This document shows positions 13,840 to 27,508 of a stretch of DNA of 64,000 nucleotides, piece after piece; within the stretch, counting starts at the first letter, position 1; every line of letters starts with the position of its first letter. The stretch spans positions 10,912,001 to 10,976,000 of the forward strand of contig NC_134476.1 in assembly GCF_964194025.1 (NCBI RefSeq). Direction: 5' to 3'. The DNA is from Convolutriloba macropyga (taxonomy: Eukaryota). The notes under the pieces are model-generated. The model was not told the DNA's origin. It saw only the letters and a list, made by a program, of their open reading frames with translations, and did not search any database. A program made the position numbers and the translations under genes.

Positions 13840-14162
13840 AGGCAAAAATCAAGTGATGAATCGCTCGTTCAAGTAGTACTTTTTCATGACACACACAGCT
13901 NNNNNNNNNNNNNNNNNNNNNNNNNNNNNNNNNNNNNNNNNNNNNNNNNNNNNNNNNNNNNNNNNNNNNNNNNNNNNNNNNNNNNNNNNNNNNNNNNNNN
14001 NNNNNNNNNNNNNNNNNNNNNNNNNNNNNNNNNNNNNNNNNNNNNNNNNNNNNNNNNNNNNNNNNNNNNNNNNNNNNNNNNNACATTTGAAGCAATATTG
14101 TAGCTGTGTGTGTCATGAAAAATTACTACTTGAACGAGCGATTCATCACTTGATTTTTGCCT
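13840..14162. mobile_element. Foldback/MITE-like element spanning an assembly gap
   Basis: About 60-bp inverted arms (AGGCAAAAATCAAGTGATGAATCGCTCG...) on both sides of the N run. Confidence 0.6.
13901..14082. other. Assembly gap (N run)
   Basis: Run of n characters. Confidence 0.99.
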
Positions 14163-16719
14163 GATAGAGACGCTTCTAAATCGCTACCAAGATCATGTTT
14201 TTTTTTTTCAATTTTTTTCTCTGTTCTTTTAATCCCAATCAAGCCTATGGTTATCAATGGCGGTTATTTTCGGGCAATGTTGTGCTGGGTATGTTTTGCG
14301 GTGCTTCTTTGAGTTCTTAAAAAATTGTTTTTGAGTCCTTTTTTATCCATTTTTTGCTGTTGATTTCAATTTTTTAATGCAGTTGGGAGAAATTTTCGGA
14401 AAGATTAATAAGATATATATGACTGATTTTCACGACTTAAAGTACGGATATTTTTTTCTGAAAAAGTTCCTGGGCTAGATTTTGGTAATAAATCATTTCA
14501 TGCTTTTTAATTTTGCATCTAGGTTTGACGTGCTATTGCGTCAACCGACCTTTATTTGCTTTTCCGATTTTCCTGACCGAGAGTTCAAGGCGTCAGGACA
14601 TCCTTAAATCGGCCAAAATTTAGTTCTTATTTCCTCATTATTTTTTCTGTTTTTCCTTTTAGAGCTCAAACCTGGTGAACTTTAGTTGTACAGCTTCTTC
14701 ATTTGTCTATCAGCTGACATTGTTGCGATTTGGTTAATTTGATCGCTATGAAATATTAGTAGCCTATATTTAGATTTCAAATAATAGTTGAATGCTTTGC
14801 ATTTGTAGATTTTATGGTTTTAAACAGACAGCTGATCAAATAAATATTAAATTTGATTTTAACCGTGTTTCTCTCTGGTGACTCGATTGAGCTTGAGTAT
14901 ATAATTTAAGTCAGTTTTGAGGTCGGTAAGAATCACATAAGCAAGTGGCGTGACTACAATACCACAGTTTTATTGGTCCATTGAGCTATAAAAGTGGGAC
15001 TACTATCTTTGCACGTATGCATTTTGTGCTATTTTGGCCTAATGTTATATCTAATTCATAACTTGAAATTGGTTTAAGTTTTGTCAATGACTATTAGCTA
15101 ACAGTTGTGTTAATATCGAAGCATTTGTGTGGCATATTCATTGTAGCAAAGGCTTTAATGCAGTTTTCAGTTTGTGGAATTGATGGGAAGGAGTTGAAGT
15201 TGAAAGAAAGGGAAAAGTTGCTGTTGTTCAAAAAACATGCTCTGGTCATTATCAATTTTGTACCTACCTATGCGATTGAGTTGTTAAAACTTCTGCCTTT
15301 TACCAGTAAAGGGACATTTATATTGATGATTGACGTTTTTAAACCCGTTTAAGATTTATGGGTCGGGGGCCCCTCTTCTCATAACTTGCTCTCAAACATT
15401 TGTAATTCTTTTACTCCTGTTGGTCTTTTTATGATCCAAGAATTTGATTGCTGCTGTTCAGCTGTTTTTTTGTAAGATGATTCTACATTTTTGGAGTGGG
15501 CTTGAAACGAGGTGAACCGGTAAATCTCCGTGCAACTAAGGTCGTTCTAGGAGTCTAAAGTGCTGATTATGGCGAGATTACTGGGAACGTTTAAAGCAGG
15601 GCAAGGCAAGACAAGGCGTGAACAGCAATTTTTGACACTTATATCAAAACATCTTTTTGTCATCTATCGATTTTCTCGAAAAAAATTGTATTTGCTCAAC
15701 TCATCTGGTTTGTTTCGGATTAATATTGATTCTGTTTGAGACAAAAAATCAACTCGCATTTTAATCTCATTCTTCAATAACTTACTTGGGCTGCAATTCT
15801 TTTTTGCTAGTTGTTGTAAAGAAAACATATCTGTTCGGTCATTTTCAATTTAATTTTTTTGTTCCTGTCCCATATAAGTGAGGGAAGAACTATGTAATAT
15901 GTACAGGGTGTTTTTTTGTTCAGTCATTTTCTCCAATTGATATATTTCTCGAAGAAAAGAGTTAGTTACTGTTATCATTGAAAAAGAGGACGAGAGCATT
16001 TAGATTATTTAAGATAGATGGCTTTTGCATCTCGTCTTTAGCGAGAAGTTATAGGTGTAAAGTCGTTTCGTAATTTTAAATGATTTTGACGATTTTGCAT
16101 CAAATTTCAGCTAATTGAGTAAAAGAACAAAAAATCTTAAATATCAAGAGAAGCAAAAAATAGCAAAAAATTTTGAAAAAATGAGCGTGAATTTCAAGGT
16201 TATTATTTCAATTTTTTTTCTTAATATATCCAACGTATATAATACTAAATATAGAAGGCTGTGAAATAGTATTATAAATGGAGCACTTTTTCTCTTTTTC
16301 TGAAGGCCAAGCAAAGGCAAGTAAGAAAATTTAAGAATCGGAAATAGTTCACAGATAAACAGGAAAGCCGTCACAGCAACAACAAATTAACAGTAATGAG
16401 AGCCGTAATAGACTATTAGCCAGAATTGAATCAAAGCTGTAAAGAATTAGGGAAAATTGTGATAGCGCTGCTATCAAAAACTTTGAACGAGAACCGACTG
16501 TGTGAAACGTGTATTATTTTTGACCCTAGCACATAAAACTAACACAAACAACGAATAGGAGAACCCTAAAAAAAATCTTGTCAAAAACTACAAAGAAAAA
16601 CATATATCTGGAACTGCTGTACTTGCTGATTTGGTGATCTGTTGTCTACGTAGATTTGCAAAGCTTAACACATATTAGCGCCTAATTTTAATCAAAATAC
16701 TGACAATTTCTTAAGCATG

Positions 16720-17107
16720 TTAATTGCTCTCGAGCGAAGTTTGTTGCAATTATATTAGTCCTGTGGTCTTAAGATGCGATTTTTCACTTGACCAATTTTT
16801 CGCCTTACCCATGTGACTTTGTCCTCAAAAACGAGATAAACAGGTACCGATCGAGGGACTTTAAGTTCTCTTGGAGCCTTACGCCTAACCAGTCTCTGAG
16901 GCTGCGATTCACAAAAACAAAACTGCGAACCAATGAGGCGACAATTTCATGCTATGAAGGGCACCCTTCTAGTCCACTTCTCCCAACCCTACCCCCCCCC
17001 CCCCCCCAATCCAATGCTTGCATCTCTGAGTCCCAGCTGGGTACTAACGAAGTCAACCTTTCGCTGGTCGTTTGAGAGCAATTCGGACGTCGTTAGTTGG
17101 TTGTTTT
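16720..17107 (+). mobile_element. HINE family B copy without tRNA cassette (C-rich internal tract)
   Basis: 5' TAATTGCTCTCGAGCGA; 3' TCGTTTGAGAGCAATT plus degenerate hairpin. Confidence 0.7.
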
Positions 17108-18958
17108 CTTTTCAACTTTGGTCTCGGTTTGACATATAGTTATGTTTTCTTTTCAACTTTGGTTTGACATATAGATTTGATTTGTTGTTTCGGTGTAAGA
17201 GAAAGTGAGAGAATCTGATTAATTCTTTATTTAAATACAGTGAAAGGCAGTTTTTCAATGAGCAAACAACAGAAATAAACAAGAGAAAAAATCAGCCAAT
17301 ACAATTAAGCAGTGCTTTTACTGAGCAAAATTTCGAGCGATTGTAGCAGGTAGAAAATGAACAGATATTGTCCTGCTGAAAATATTTGAATTGTACAATT
17401 GTTTCGTTTTTCTTTTATGCTGACAAGTGAGGGTTCGTCAACCACACCGTGTCTATTGAGCCTTCTGGCATCTCAGTAGAAGAATGAACGACCAGGAACG
17501 TTGAGATTGATTGAGAAGGGGGTTGAATGTCGTCTTTGTTCTGTTGGTAGGGATGGAGGAATATAATATTGGTAGAAGTCGGATTCTTACAGTCCCAAGA
17601 GTAGTTTAATGAAAAAAGATACATGCTTTGTTGAAACATAATATGCGCTCGTACATAACCTGACCTCCGCCTTTTTAGTTGTTCGTTGGCCTGTAAAACT
17701 GTAGCTGTACAGTCCTCAAAAATATAGCTTCAGATTTAAATAAGCGTAATCGAGAAACATTTTTACGGCACGCAGTGGCTACGCACTTTACGCAGCCTGC
17801 TTGTTTCGCTATGTAAATTACCAATCAATGCAGAAACGTACTTTGTTTAAATCTTTGAGAAAGAAAATTGGAGCACAATTTTTTCGGAAATATGAAAACA
17901 TTTTTCAACGACTCAGCATTTTCGCCAATTTCACGAGCTGTTGATTTTTACATTCACCAATGTTAGAAAAACAAAACGCATGATCAGTTTCGTCCATTTT
18001 TTTAACCGTCAAACGTTCCAAATTACTGGTTGGTTTATCAGTTACTGACACCTCGTATTGGGTTGATTGTTCCGTGAAAATCCTAGAGATCAATTTTTCT
18101 AATTGTTACAGCAATTCATTTTTCCATCCGCGAATTTTCGAATAGCATATACGTTTTTCTCTATTTAAATGGTAAGGATAAATTTCTGATGTTTCTCTAT
18201 TTAAATGTTGAGGACAAATTTCTGATGTAAGATTGTAATTAAGTTCACTTTTCCTTTCTTTGTTTGCTTGTACATTCTGGTGCTGGCCTATTCCTGGCTG
18301 CTCGGTTTGGACTTTAGTGACTAGACATCGCCTGATCACATGGCTTGAGTTACAAAAGTTATCCCGTGGTTTGTCTTAACATGTATCAAAATTAGTTCAA
18401 GTTTGGTTTTGTGGATTCAGTTCGCGACAAGTTAAAAAACGATGAGTAAAATATGTTTGAAGGTAAACATTTGAACCAAATGACTGAATGAGTTGGCGTA
18501 TTTGTCCTAAAATTACTTAGAAGTTTGTGGACTTTGCGCATATGATGTATTTGTATAAAGCAGCTCTTATGAGTTTATTTAGTGCAATATCGAAACCGTG
18601 GGAAAATTTTGAAAAAGATTTTTTTTTTTGAAAGTGCTCGAAATTATGGACAACTTGAAAATTGGTTAATAGTAATGTCTCAAAAACGAATTTTTGTTGG
18701 CAATAATTGCATTCGCATCTGCCTTTTGGGCAGCTTTTGCTGATAAGTTTTGACTTGTGTTCTAGATTGCTCTGAGATCATGCTAAATTGTTCTCTAATT
18801 CACAATTTTAAGCAGCTGAACTTGATTAGGGGCAGTTTACTGCAAAGTCAATAAAACAAATTAAAATCAAATTTTCTAACAAACCTTGATGAGCCATAAC
18901 ATTCACTCAAACAAACTTTGTGCTTTTTCAATCAGTATCTTGTCTCTTATCAGTTGTT

Positions 18959-20024
18959 TAATAGCCGCCCTCATCTTCTCAGCCGGCTATTATAGCGCTC
19001 CTATTTTTTTTACAATTCAAAGAATTTGAATTGTATTGGGGCGCTGTCTTTTTTTTTAAGATCTGTTCACACATTTTCATGATTTTTGAAGTCAAATTGG
19101 AGTAGTGATTTTGGTCACGCCGAAACAGGAAATGGAGCGAAAAAGCGAGTGGTTTTGCGGCGTGATTTTTTTTCGCTCTAATTTTAAAGTAGAGAGAGAA
19201 AATGGTGTTTGAACAAAAATTCGGTTTCTCGGTAGTGGTTTTTTGTTCACATGCGGCAATTTCACTCTGATTTTTACTGTTTTTTCGATTTTTTGGATCG
19301 GATTTTTTTCACAATTGTTTTCCCAATCCATTCGCAGCTCATTCTAGGCCTAGTTTTTTGTTTGAATTTTAATTCTCATTTCTCGCTAGTGGTTTTTTCG
19401 TTCACATGCGGCTTTTTGATATTGATTTTCTGTTTTTTTCTTACTTTTTTTGTTCTGATTTTTTAAAAATGGTTTTCTGAATTCACTGATATCCCTTTCT
19501 AGGTCTAATTCTTCTGTGTAGTCAATGAAAATTCTTTGAATTGTACGTCAGGACTTGTCCTGCTATGTTTTTTTACTTCGTCGAATAAAAAAATGTTTCG
19601 CTTTACCTCATTTTGCCGCCTTTTCAACATTTTGCGTGAAATCTTTTTGACTTCTCTAGGCTAGTTTCTCTCTTCTCTCATTCTGCTAAAAGTGATTTTG
19701 AACATCAGTATAAAAAATTGAAGTCAGAAATAGAAACGGGATAAACCCATAAAGCCCAATTTTGGATGCCCGCTATTTGAACGTCGGTCCTATAAGTATT
19801 AGTTACCTCTCTCTAATGCTGATTGTTATTGATAGTAGCCCCTGTAGCCTCTCTCTAAGAAACAGAAGTATGTTCAACTACGAAATGCCATCAAAATAAA
19901 TCGGACTTAAAAAAATGTTTTTGTACGAAAATCTTTTTTTTTCAATATCTTCTGTTATTTCAATCCCAGTCATGCTTATTGGAATCAACGGCGGCTTTTT
20001 TCCGGCGATCTGCCGGGTATGTTT
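18959..20024 (+). mobile_element. HINE family A copy interrupted by a nested family E element
   Basis: Same termini and body as 12359-12897, split at the internal poly-T by 19011-19570. Confidence 0.8.
19011..19570 (+). mobile_element. HINE family E, nested in family A
   Basis: Perfect 17-bp subTIR TACAATTCAAAGAATTT / AAATTCTTTGAATTGTA; 5' local IR; 3' hairpin CAGGAC-TT-GTCCTG then CTATGTTT. Confidence 0.8.
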
Positions 20025-20311
20025 AATCAATTTTTTATAACAGTAGAGACGAAAAATATAAGTTATGATAAAAACGAATCTGCCACCTGTTGGCATAAGA
20101 TAAAGCAGTTGAAGTTCCAGCTGTGCTATTTTTAGTGCCAACAAAATTAGTTCTTCCTCTAGTTCTTCAGTTAAATTTTTTTTTACCGGGTTAGCTATTT
20201 TTGACTGCCCTCAGTCACTACCTTTGGTTTTTGCCTGAACTGTATATTTTTACTCAAATGGTCTTTTTGTGTTTTTAGAACATTTCGATTTTCTGTATCC
20301 AAAAATGTTTA

Positions 20312-20957
20312 TTAATTGCTCTTGAACGAAGTTCATAGCAATTATTGTTAACGTGTTGGTCTTTTTATGCAAAGTTTTCCTTGACCGTTTTTGCGCTTTA
20401 ATAGAGCATTCTTTGACTTCTCAAGTGACTTTTTCACGCGTTCGTTCTTCATTTTTGAGTGATCTGTATTGTCCTCACTCCGAAGTCGGGCTTGTTGCTA
20501 AAATTGCTGTTGTTGTTGTGAATTTTGAGGCTCTCCTGCGGGGATTTCTCCCTGTTGTTGGATTAGGATCCTGACCACTGATCTCGGCAGAGGGCAATCA
20601 CATGCCAGCTGCCAAGAACACACGTTTGGCTCTGAGAAGTTGGTTTGACGATTTTTTATAAGCTTTATAATTCGGGTTTTTAGACCAATGGGATTCAAAA
20701 AATCCACTTCATCATAGCCGAAATCCACTTCATCATAGCCAAAATGAAAGCGATTGCAGCATTGCAACAAGCAGGGACTGATAGCCGAGTGGGCAGTGCT
20801 TATGTTGAGGGATTGAGAGGTCAATAGTTCGAATCCCGGCCTGCTCAACTGTTTTTGCACGCATAAAGAAAATTTGATCTAGGCTACAGCCCCTGAATTA
20901 ATTTGCCTCGCCTGTCGTTCAAGAGCAGTTCTTCCGACATTATTCGGTTAATGTTTT
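20312..20957 (+). mobile_element. HINE family B full copy with tRNA-like cassette
   Basis: 5' TTAATTGCTCTTGAACGA; 3' TCGTTCAAGAGCAGTT plus CCGA...TCGG hairpin. Confidence 0.8.
20775..20847 (+). pseudogene. tRNA-derived Pol III cassette
   Basis: A box TAGCCGAGTGG, B box AGTTCGAATCCC, T5 run downstream. Confidence 0.65.
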
Positions 20958-21037
20958 ACGTTCACAAAGCTTGAGATTGTGCGCCCAATAATTACTCTAA
21001 AACATTTTTTGTTGCAATAATATTAGTCCTGGGTCTT

Positions 21038-21635
21038 TAATAGCCGCTGTCAGCCTCTGAACGGCTATGATTTAGACATTCTCCTTTTTTTTAATTTGCT
21101 TTGCCTTTTGATCACATTTTTCGTTTTACATAGTCAGAATAATCACGCTCACAGTTTCAACTCAATACATTTTAAATTCTTTCACTCGTTGAATTACGCA
21201 ATGTAGTTAATACGACCAGGGTCAAAAAGCAAAATCAAAAGAAACTGGATAAATCGATTGCTAACTGGCATAAGTATTAAGCTTTATAGCCTTCAGTTTA
21301 TAATCTGAGTAAAGTACAGTTTTAGAATCTAACTAAAACTTAACATCAATATAGAACACTTTTTAACACTTCAAGACAAATTCTGTCAATTATTCTTCTT
21401 TTTTGTTATCCGTTTCAATCCCTTGCTAAACCGATTGCTAACTTGCATAATTATTATGCTTTATAGCCTTCAGTTTAGAAGCTGAATAAAGTATAATTTT
21501 AGAATCTAACTGAAATTTCATATCAATATAGAACACTTTTTGACACTTCAAAGCAAATTCTGTCAATTATTCTCCTTTTATTGTTAGTGCGGCTCAACGG
21601 CGGTTTTCTTTCCGGTAATTTGCCGGCTATGTTTT
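21038..21635 (+). mobile_element. HINE family A variant with an internal ~178-bp tandem repeat
   Basis: 5' TAATAGCCGC...CGGCTAT; 3' CGGCGG and CCGGTAATTTGCCGGCTATGTTT; repeat units start near 21250 and 21428. Confidence 0.65.
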
Positions 21636-22919
21636 TTTATGCGGTTAACTGATCCTTTTAACTCTTCGTCCTCTAAAACGGGATGAACAGGTTTTTAAGT
21701 GGCTAAGAGGCCATTAAGTGGCATTGAGGGCATTAAGTGGCTGATCAGCTCTCGTAGAGATTACCAATGACTTTCTTAAACCTAATTGAAACTTCTAGTC
21801 ACTTCTGGCGACTTTTGGTTTGATTCTCAGAAGTTGAACAAAATAAATTACGCAGACGTTGCTTCGCACCAACTTATTAGATGAAAATGATGCTCCCTGT
21901 TCCCCTTATTATTTAATTCTATGCATGCAAAGCTTAAAAATTAAAGGAAAATTAAGATTAATCTGACAATTCCCTTTAGTTTAAGTTCAGCCCCCTATTC
22001 CAGTGAAACCGAGCGGAGCAGATTATCCAAAATAAAGATTTTTTAAGCATTGGTGTTGATTTTTCGCGTTGACAAACTTTAGTGAATTGGTAGTGAATTA
22101 ACTGAGGATTGATACTCTAAATCATAAACGTTATTTGATAGAAATCTTTAAATTTGGTGCTTTTATAGTGCGCAGGTTGATTGTCCATCTAAGTAACGGT
22201 TTTTGTCATTTTGTGACTTGATAACGTTTCATCTTTTCGGGAGTTGCACATCAAAGGCTGTATTGATTGTTTGGTAGGCTGGATTTGTGCTCGCTCCTCT
22301 TTAATCAGTTAGCTAAATTTAGCGAGTTCATGCAACAGTTGTGTTAAGTACACTGAAATTTCTTTGATTTAATTGAAACGAACTGAAGCTTGGAGGATCT
22401 CTTTATTTGAGCAAACATCTTTTTGTCTCTTCCTTTGAGGCAGAATTTGAAGGCTACGCTTCAATTTGGTTCAAATTTAAAATTTCGTAGACTGACAATA
22501 CTAATTTGTAATTTGTTGCGCCAAATGAAACGATAATTTTGGTCGATATTTTGTCCTTTAAAGCCTCGTTTTTCTCTGGTCCCATAATAATTCAATCAAG
22601 ACTTAAGTTGCAACAGATTGAAATTTTTTTAACGTTGATCAGACTTAATGAAATTAACTTTTGTCCTCTATTTTACATCAATTTGCAGTAAATTTAGTTC
22701 TTTATAGTATATCCTAAATTTTAGGCTCTGAAAATGATTTTTGCTCAACAACATTTTTGAATTAATTGTCTACCTAATGAAAAAGTGATATGTTTTTCTA
22801 AAAAATTCACCTACTCTTCGAAAATATTTGGTTTTTGAGTTCTATGTTCTGTGCTATGAATATATCGATCGGCCAAAATTGACTGGATAAAAAATGATTT
22901 TTATCAATTTTTTATCCAT

Positions 22920-23170
22920 AAAGTTTAGTACACTTTGAAGCACAACTTAACGTATTTACCTTATAAACAATATGTTTTCGTTTTTTATTGGCTTTGATTT
23001 GATGAAAACAGGTTACAGTGGAAAATTTTATTGATCAAAATATTTTTATTTCTAAAATTTAGTACACTTTGAAGCATAACCTAACGTATTTACCTTGTAA
23101 ACAATAGTGTTTTCGTTTTTCATTGTCAATGATTTGATGAAATCAGGTTTTAGTGGAAATTTTTATTGTG
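22920..23170. repeat. Degenerate ~135-bp tandem repeat
   Basis: TTTAGTACACTTTGAAGCA...CAGTGGAAA unit occurs twice. Confidence 0.8.
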
Positions 23171-23453
23171 GAAGCAGGTTATCTTAATAAAATTGGTATG
23201 CCTTTTATCTACGCTATTTTTTTTTACTTTTGTCTACCCCTACGCTATTTTTTAAACCTTTATTATGGTATATGATAATTTTATTGATATGAAAACGTAT
23301 TAATTTGTAAAGACGTACTAGTGATAAAAATTTGTTCACGTGGAGAAATTATTCCCCATCTAATAGTTCTCAGAATATTCAAGAGAATGCTTGATAAGGA
23401 CACGTTATTGACAAAAAATGTATAATAAACTGAATATGTCTGATTTGTTTCAG

Positions 23454-23514
23454 GTCTGGCTAACTGCAAGTACTGCATCGAAGACCCACTAAAGGATTTC
23501 TCTGAGCTTAAGAG
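23454..23514 (+). CDS. ELL: ELL 61-bp exon (CLANCKYCIEDPLKDFSELKS)
   Basis: ttgtttcag acceptor, AG|gtaaga donor; phases 1 and 2 exactly bridge the flanking exons. Confidence 0.8.
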
Positions 23515-24972
23515 GTAAGAGCAGAACACAATAGTACACTAATAGTCAGTATTGAAACAAAAGTGAACTATAGCTTCGTGTAAATATCAACATGTAAGTG
23601 CAATTCTTACGTCAGTCGGTTTTTCCCGCTTGTATCGGTGTGACATTTTTAGCCCCTATTTATATGCAGTGTGTTCGAGTGAAAAATTGACAAAATGTGG
23701 GAAATTAGTAAAAATTTGTTCATAGTTTTTAGACTACATGTAGAGTATGTATACATGAACTAACCATTGCGTCTTCATAAAACTATCTTTCATTTGAGTT
23801 GATTTGAGGTCAGATTAAACACGTGAATTAATATTCACCGATCTTGTAAATTATTAGGATATGCTCAAAGCGCAACTGATAATGACGTGTTTGACTATAT
23901 TCTTTCAAGTTCACAAAGATCCCCCGAATCACTTTGTTCATGCGCAAAGATACAGCCACCGTTATAATGGCTAAGGGCAAAGTCTGCAGCCTGCATAAGG
24001 AGTAAAGAATGGGATTGGGTGGGCGGGGTAAAGGGTAAGGGGTTTTTGGATTGGAAATGCAAAGAAAAATGGGCTTTTGAACTAACGTATACCTGCAGCC
24101 GTATTTTTCATGCCTTGTAGGGGGTTTACTTTAATTGACACTGGTTTATAATTGTTACTAATTTGTGTGTGTATCAATAGTCGTGAACAACAGTGCTGTC
24201 ATTTTTTCTGCTTTTTATGGCGCTTTTATGTTTGCTTTTGTAATTTTTCAAAGAATTGTTCAAGCCAAGTTTAGTTGAATCCGTAGTTCTGTTAATTAGT
24301 TGACTGATGATGTTCGTCACAGTTTTTTTGAACTTTAGTTGCCTGAAATAAGAATGCTGTTTACATGAATTAAAAAAATTAATTCATGTTAAATTCCTCA
24401 CCCCATAATAGCGCTCAAACATTGCTGTTGTGATTTTTTCTGATCCATTTGACTTTTTGGTTGGTTTCTCTCAACTTTTCTTAATTTTCGTGTGCAATTA
24501 ATTAAAAAAAACTGTCGTTTTACCTATTGTTGCGGCTTTTTCGAAATTTAACGCGAAGGCTTTGACTACTCTAGGCTATTTTCATTCTGCTCAAAGTGCT
24601 TCGCAAGAGCTATCTAAATTGAACAGAGTTAATGGCAAAAAAGAAATAAAAAATAGGAATTAAACAGGATAAACCCATAGATCTCAGTTTTAAATGATCG
24701 GTATTTGAACTTTGTTCTTGTTAGTCGTTTTTGACAACTATGACCACATTTTCCCTCTTAATTTGTGCAATTGGTATTCATATTAACTAATTGGCAAAAA
24801 AGGCGCATTAGTTTGTTAATAACTTGTTAATTAATTTTTTGACCAATGATGTGCTTCAAAGTGCGAAACAGTTCCATTATTTGTGCCTTTCTCTATTTTG
24901 ATTTTACTTCCTCAAATTTCACTTGCCACTCAATTTACTTGTGGCTTCTCGCGTAACTTTGACTAAGTTTTT

Positions 24973-25502
24973 TAATAGCCGCCCTCATCTTCTCAGCCGG
25001 CTATTATAGCGCTCCTATTTTTTTACTACTTCGAACTTTTTTTCGCTTCACCCATTTTGCCGCTTTTTCGACATTTTGCGTGAAATCTTTTTGACTTCTC
25101 TAGGCTAGTTTAACTCTTCTGTCATTCTGCTCAAAGTCCTTTTAAACAGCAGCTGCTCAGCAAAGCAATTCAAAATGAAGAGAGTCAGTATAAAAAAATC
25201 AAAGTCAGAAATAGAAATGGGATAAACCCATAAAGCCCATTTTTAGATGCCCGGTACTTGAACTTTGTTCTCATTAGTTTTAGTTACTATCTATAATGCT
25301 TATTGGTATTGATACTAGACCCTGTAGCCTCTCACTGAGAGACAGGAGTATGTTCAATTACGAAATGACATCAAAATAAATCGCACTTAAAAATGTTTTT
25401 ATACAAAAATCAATTTTTGTTGATATATTCTTTTCTTTCAATCACAATAGAGTTATGGGAATCAACGGCGGCTATTTTCCGGCAATCTGCCGGGTATGTT
25501 TT
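24973..25502 (+). mobile_element. HINE family A, uninterrupted copy
   Basis: Same termini as 12359-12897 and a collinear body. Confidence 0.8.
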
Positions 25503-26296
25503 TTGAATTCTATAAGAATTGTTACTTCCATTTAATTATTTGGCCAGTAAAATCCGGATGATCTCTTCTATTCTTTTTCTCCCAGAAAACTATATTACCG
25601 TGTATAAGGTGTATCTCAAGTTAGAGATTTTTTAGCCACAAAGATGTAAGATAAGTGCAGCTATTTTGTTTTACTCGTGTTTTTATTTTTCAACTCATAT
25701 CTCTTCTAATATCTTCTCATTTTAAAAAAAATTCTATGTCAATATAAATGTCTATTTGGTGTAATGATTTTCTTCATATCGACATAGTAAAATAAGTGAA
25801 AACGCGAGTACTTTCATGTAGTGAGATTTCTCTAAACTGTTTTTAATTTTTGGTTCAAAAATTATTGTTTGAACAATATTGTTTTCACTGTCAATTCATA
25901 CAAATCAAGGTTTTTTGTTGTCCTGGACAAAAATTCAGAGTTGGAATTCAGAGCTTGTCCTGCTGCGCGTTTTTGTTGTCTCACGCCTATATATTGGTGT
26001 AGATTATTGCATTAGTGTGGTTTTACTGATTTTTATGCGTGATGTAGTTGTATCATAAAGTTCCTCTCTGTGATTTTATAAAACTCATATTAAGCTATTT
26101 TGAGGTTATTCTTAATCCTTCGAAAATCAAGAAAGAACATCACAAGTAAAAAGTTAATGAAAAATTTAATGGATATGGGTTTTTCTTCGAAAGAACGTTT
26201 GAGTTTTTTGGCTCAGTAACTTCGTAAACTGAGATCTCTATCTGCGTCGATTTGTATTCTGCAGCACACTATTTGGAGAATCTGAGGACTCGGTTT

Positions 26297-26639
26297 TTAA
26301 TTGCTCTCGAACGAAGAAGTTAAACCTGTCTCTAACTTTTCGAGTTACTTTTACGCCTTGACTTTTTCGATTTGCGTGATCTAATTTTCTCTCTCATTCA
26401 CATTTTCAAGCAGGTGAACTCAACTAGCAGCATTTTACGACAAAATGTCAAATGGAAAGTGCGCCGAAATTGGATTAATTTCTTAGTGGTATATGATACC
26501 CTATGACTTCCTTTGAAGCTCCCTAGTGAACTTCTTAGTCCCCCTCAGCCCCCCGCCCTGACTGAAGCAGGCTGCAATTGATTAGCGCTCCCACTGGTCG
26601 TTCGAGAGCAATTTTTCCGACGTTAGTCGGCTATATTTT
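26297..26639 (+). mobile_element. HINE family B short copy without tRNA cassette
   Basis: Perfect 16-bp subTIR AATTGCTCTCGAACGA / TCGTTCGAGAGCAATT; hairpin CCGAC-GTTA-GTCGG. Confidence 0.8.
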
Positions 26640-27258
26640 ATTGTATCTTGAATACCGTTTTGCCCTTCTCATTATTAGCGTAACCGAAATTCTGTCAAAA
26701 CAATTGACTATAGTTGAAAGAAATAAGTTGTTAAGCAAATTATTTGATAGGTGATAAGCGAAACTCCAGCCCGTGAGCTTAAATTGACATAGATTCCTTA
26801 TCGGACTCGTTTGTTTGCTGATTTAGATGGTAAATGTCCCCTTATTTGATTTGGTCTGTTTATGAGCTACATGAAAACGGATGTTTTCGTCGATCGTTCG
26901 TTTTTCGGATAAATAATCGTCAAATTAGAGGTCGATTTAGATGGAATGGGCTGCAACGAACGCATGCCATATGCGAGCAAGTTACATTGACATAAAAGCT
27001 GCTTTTCATATTTTAGTCATGCGTTATTAAACGCTATTAATTGCTCTCAAACTAAGCTTTTGAGTAAGTATATTTGAGTATCTATTTTGAGTAAAATAAG
27101 CGTTTAGTAATTATATTAGTTAGTATTTTCTAGCCCTCTAAATCAATGCGACCTATTAATAACCTGTCAGGTCAGTTGTTTTTCTCCTGAATGGCATAGT
27201 TTCTTCAGAATACTAATAGCCTACTTAAAAACAATTTTGCACTAATTCCTGATTTCAG

Positions 27259-27508
27259 CCTTTTTGGCCCTGTCCAAAACCGAGACGAGTACTGCCTGTT
27301 ACAAGAACAGTTCAAGCGAGAGTACTCCACCGAGTTCCAGCCTCTCAGGAGGAAGGTCACTGAGACCAAGAAACTGTTCAGACAACTCAAAGACGACTTT
27401 GATGCGGCCAAGATGCAGTACTCGAAGCTGGCTGACGATGAAGCTAACAGAGCTCAGCTGGAGCAGCAGGCTAACAATGTCATCCAGGTCCACGAGAAGT
27501 TGTTCAGA
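27259..27508 (+). CDS. ELL: ELL exon, occludin/ELL domain first part (LFGPVQNRDEYCLLQEQFKREYSTEFQPLRRKVTETKKLFRQLKDDF...HEKLFR)
   Basis: gatttcag acceptor, AGA|gtaagt donor; matches the occludin_ELL pattern 'Y..I....R..YK..F..EY.EY..L...V......F..L'. Confidence 0.9.
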
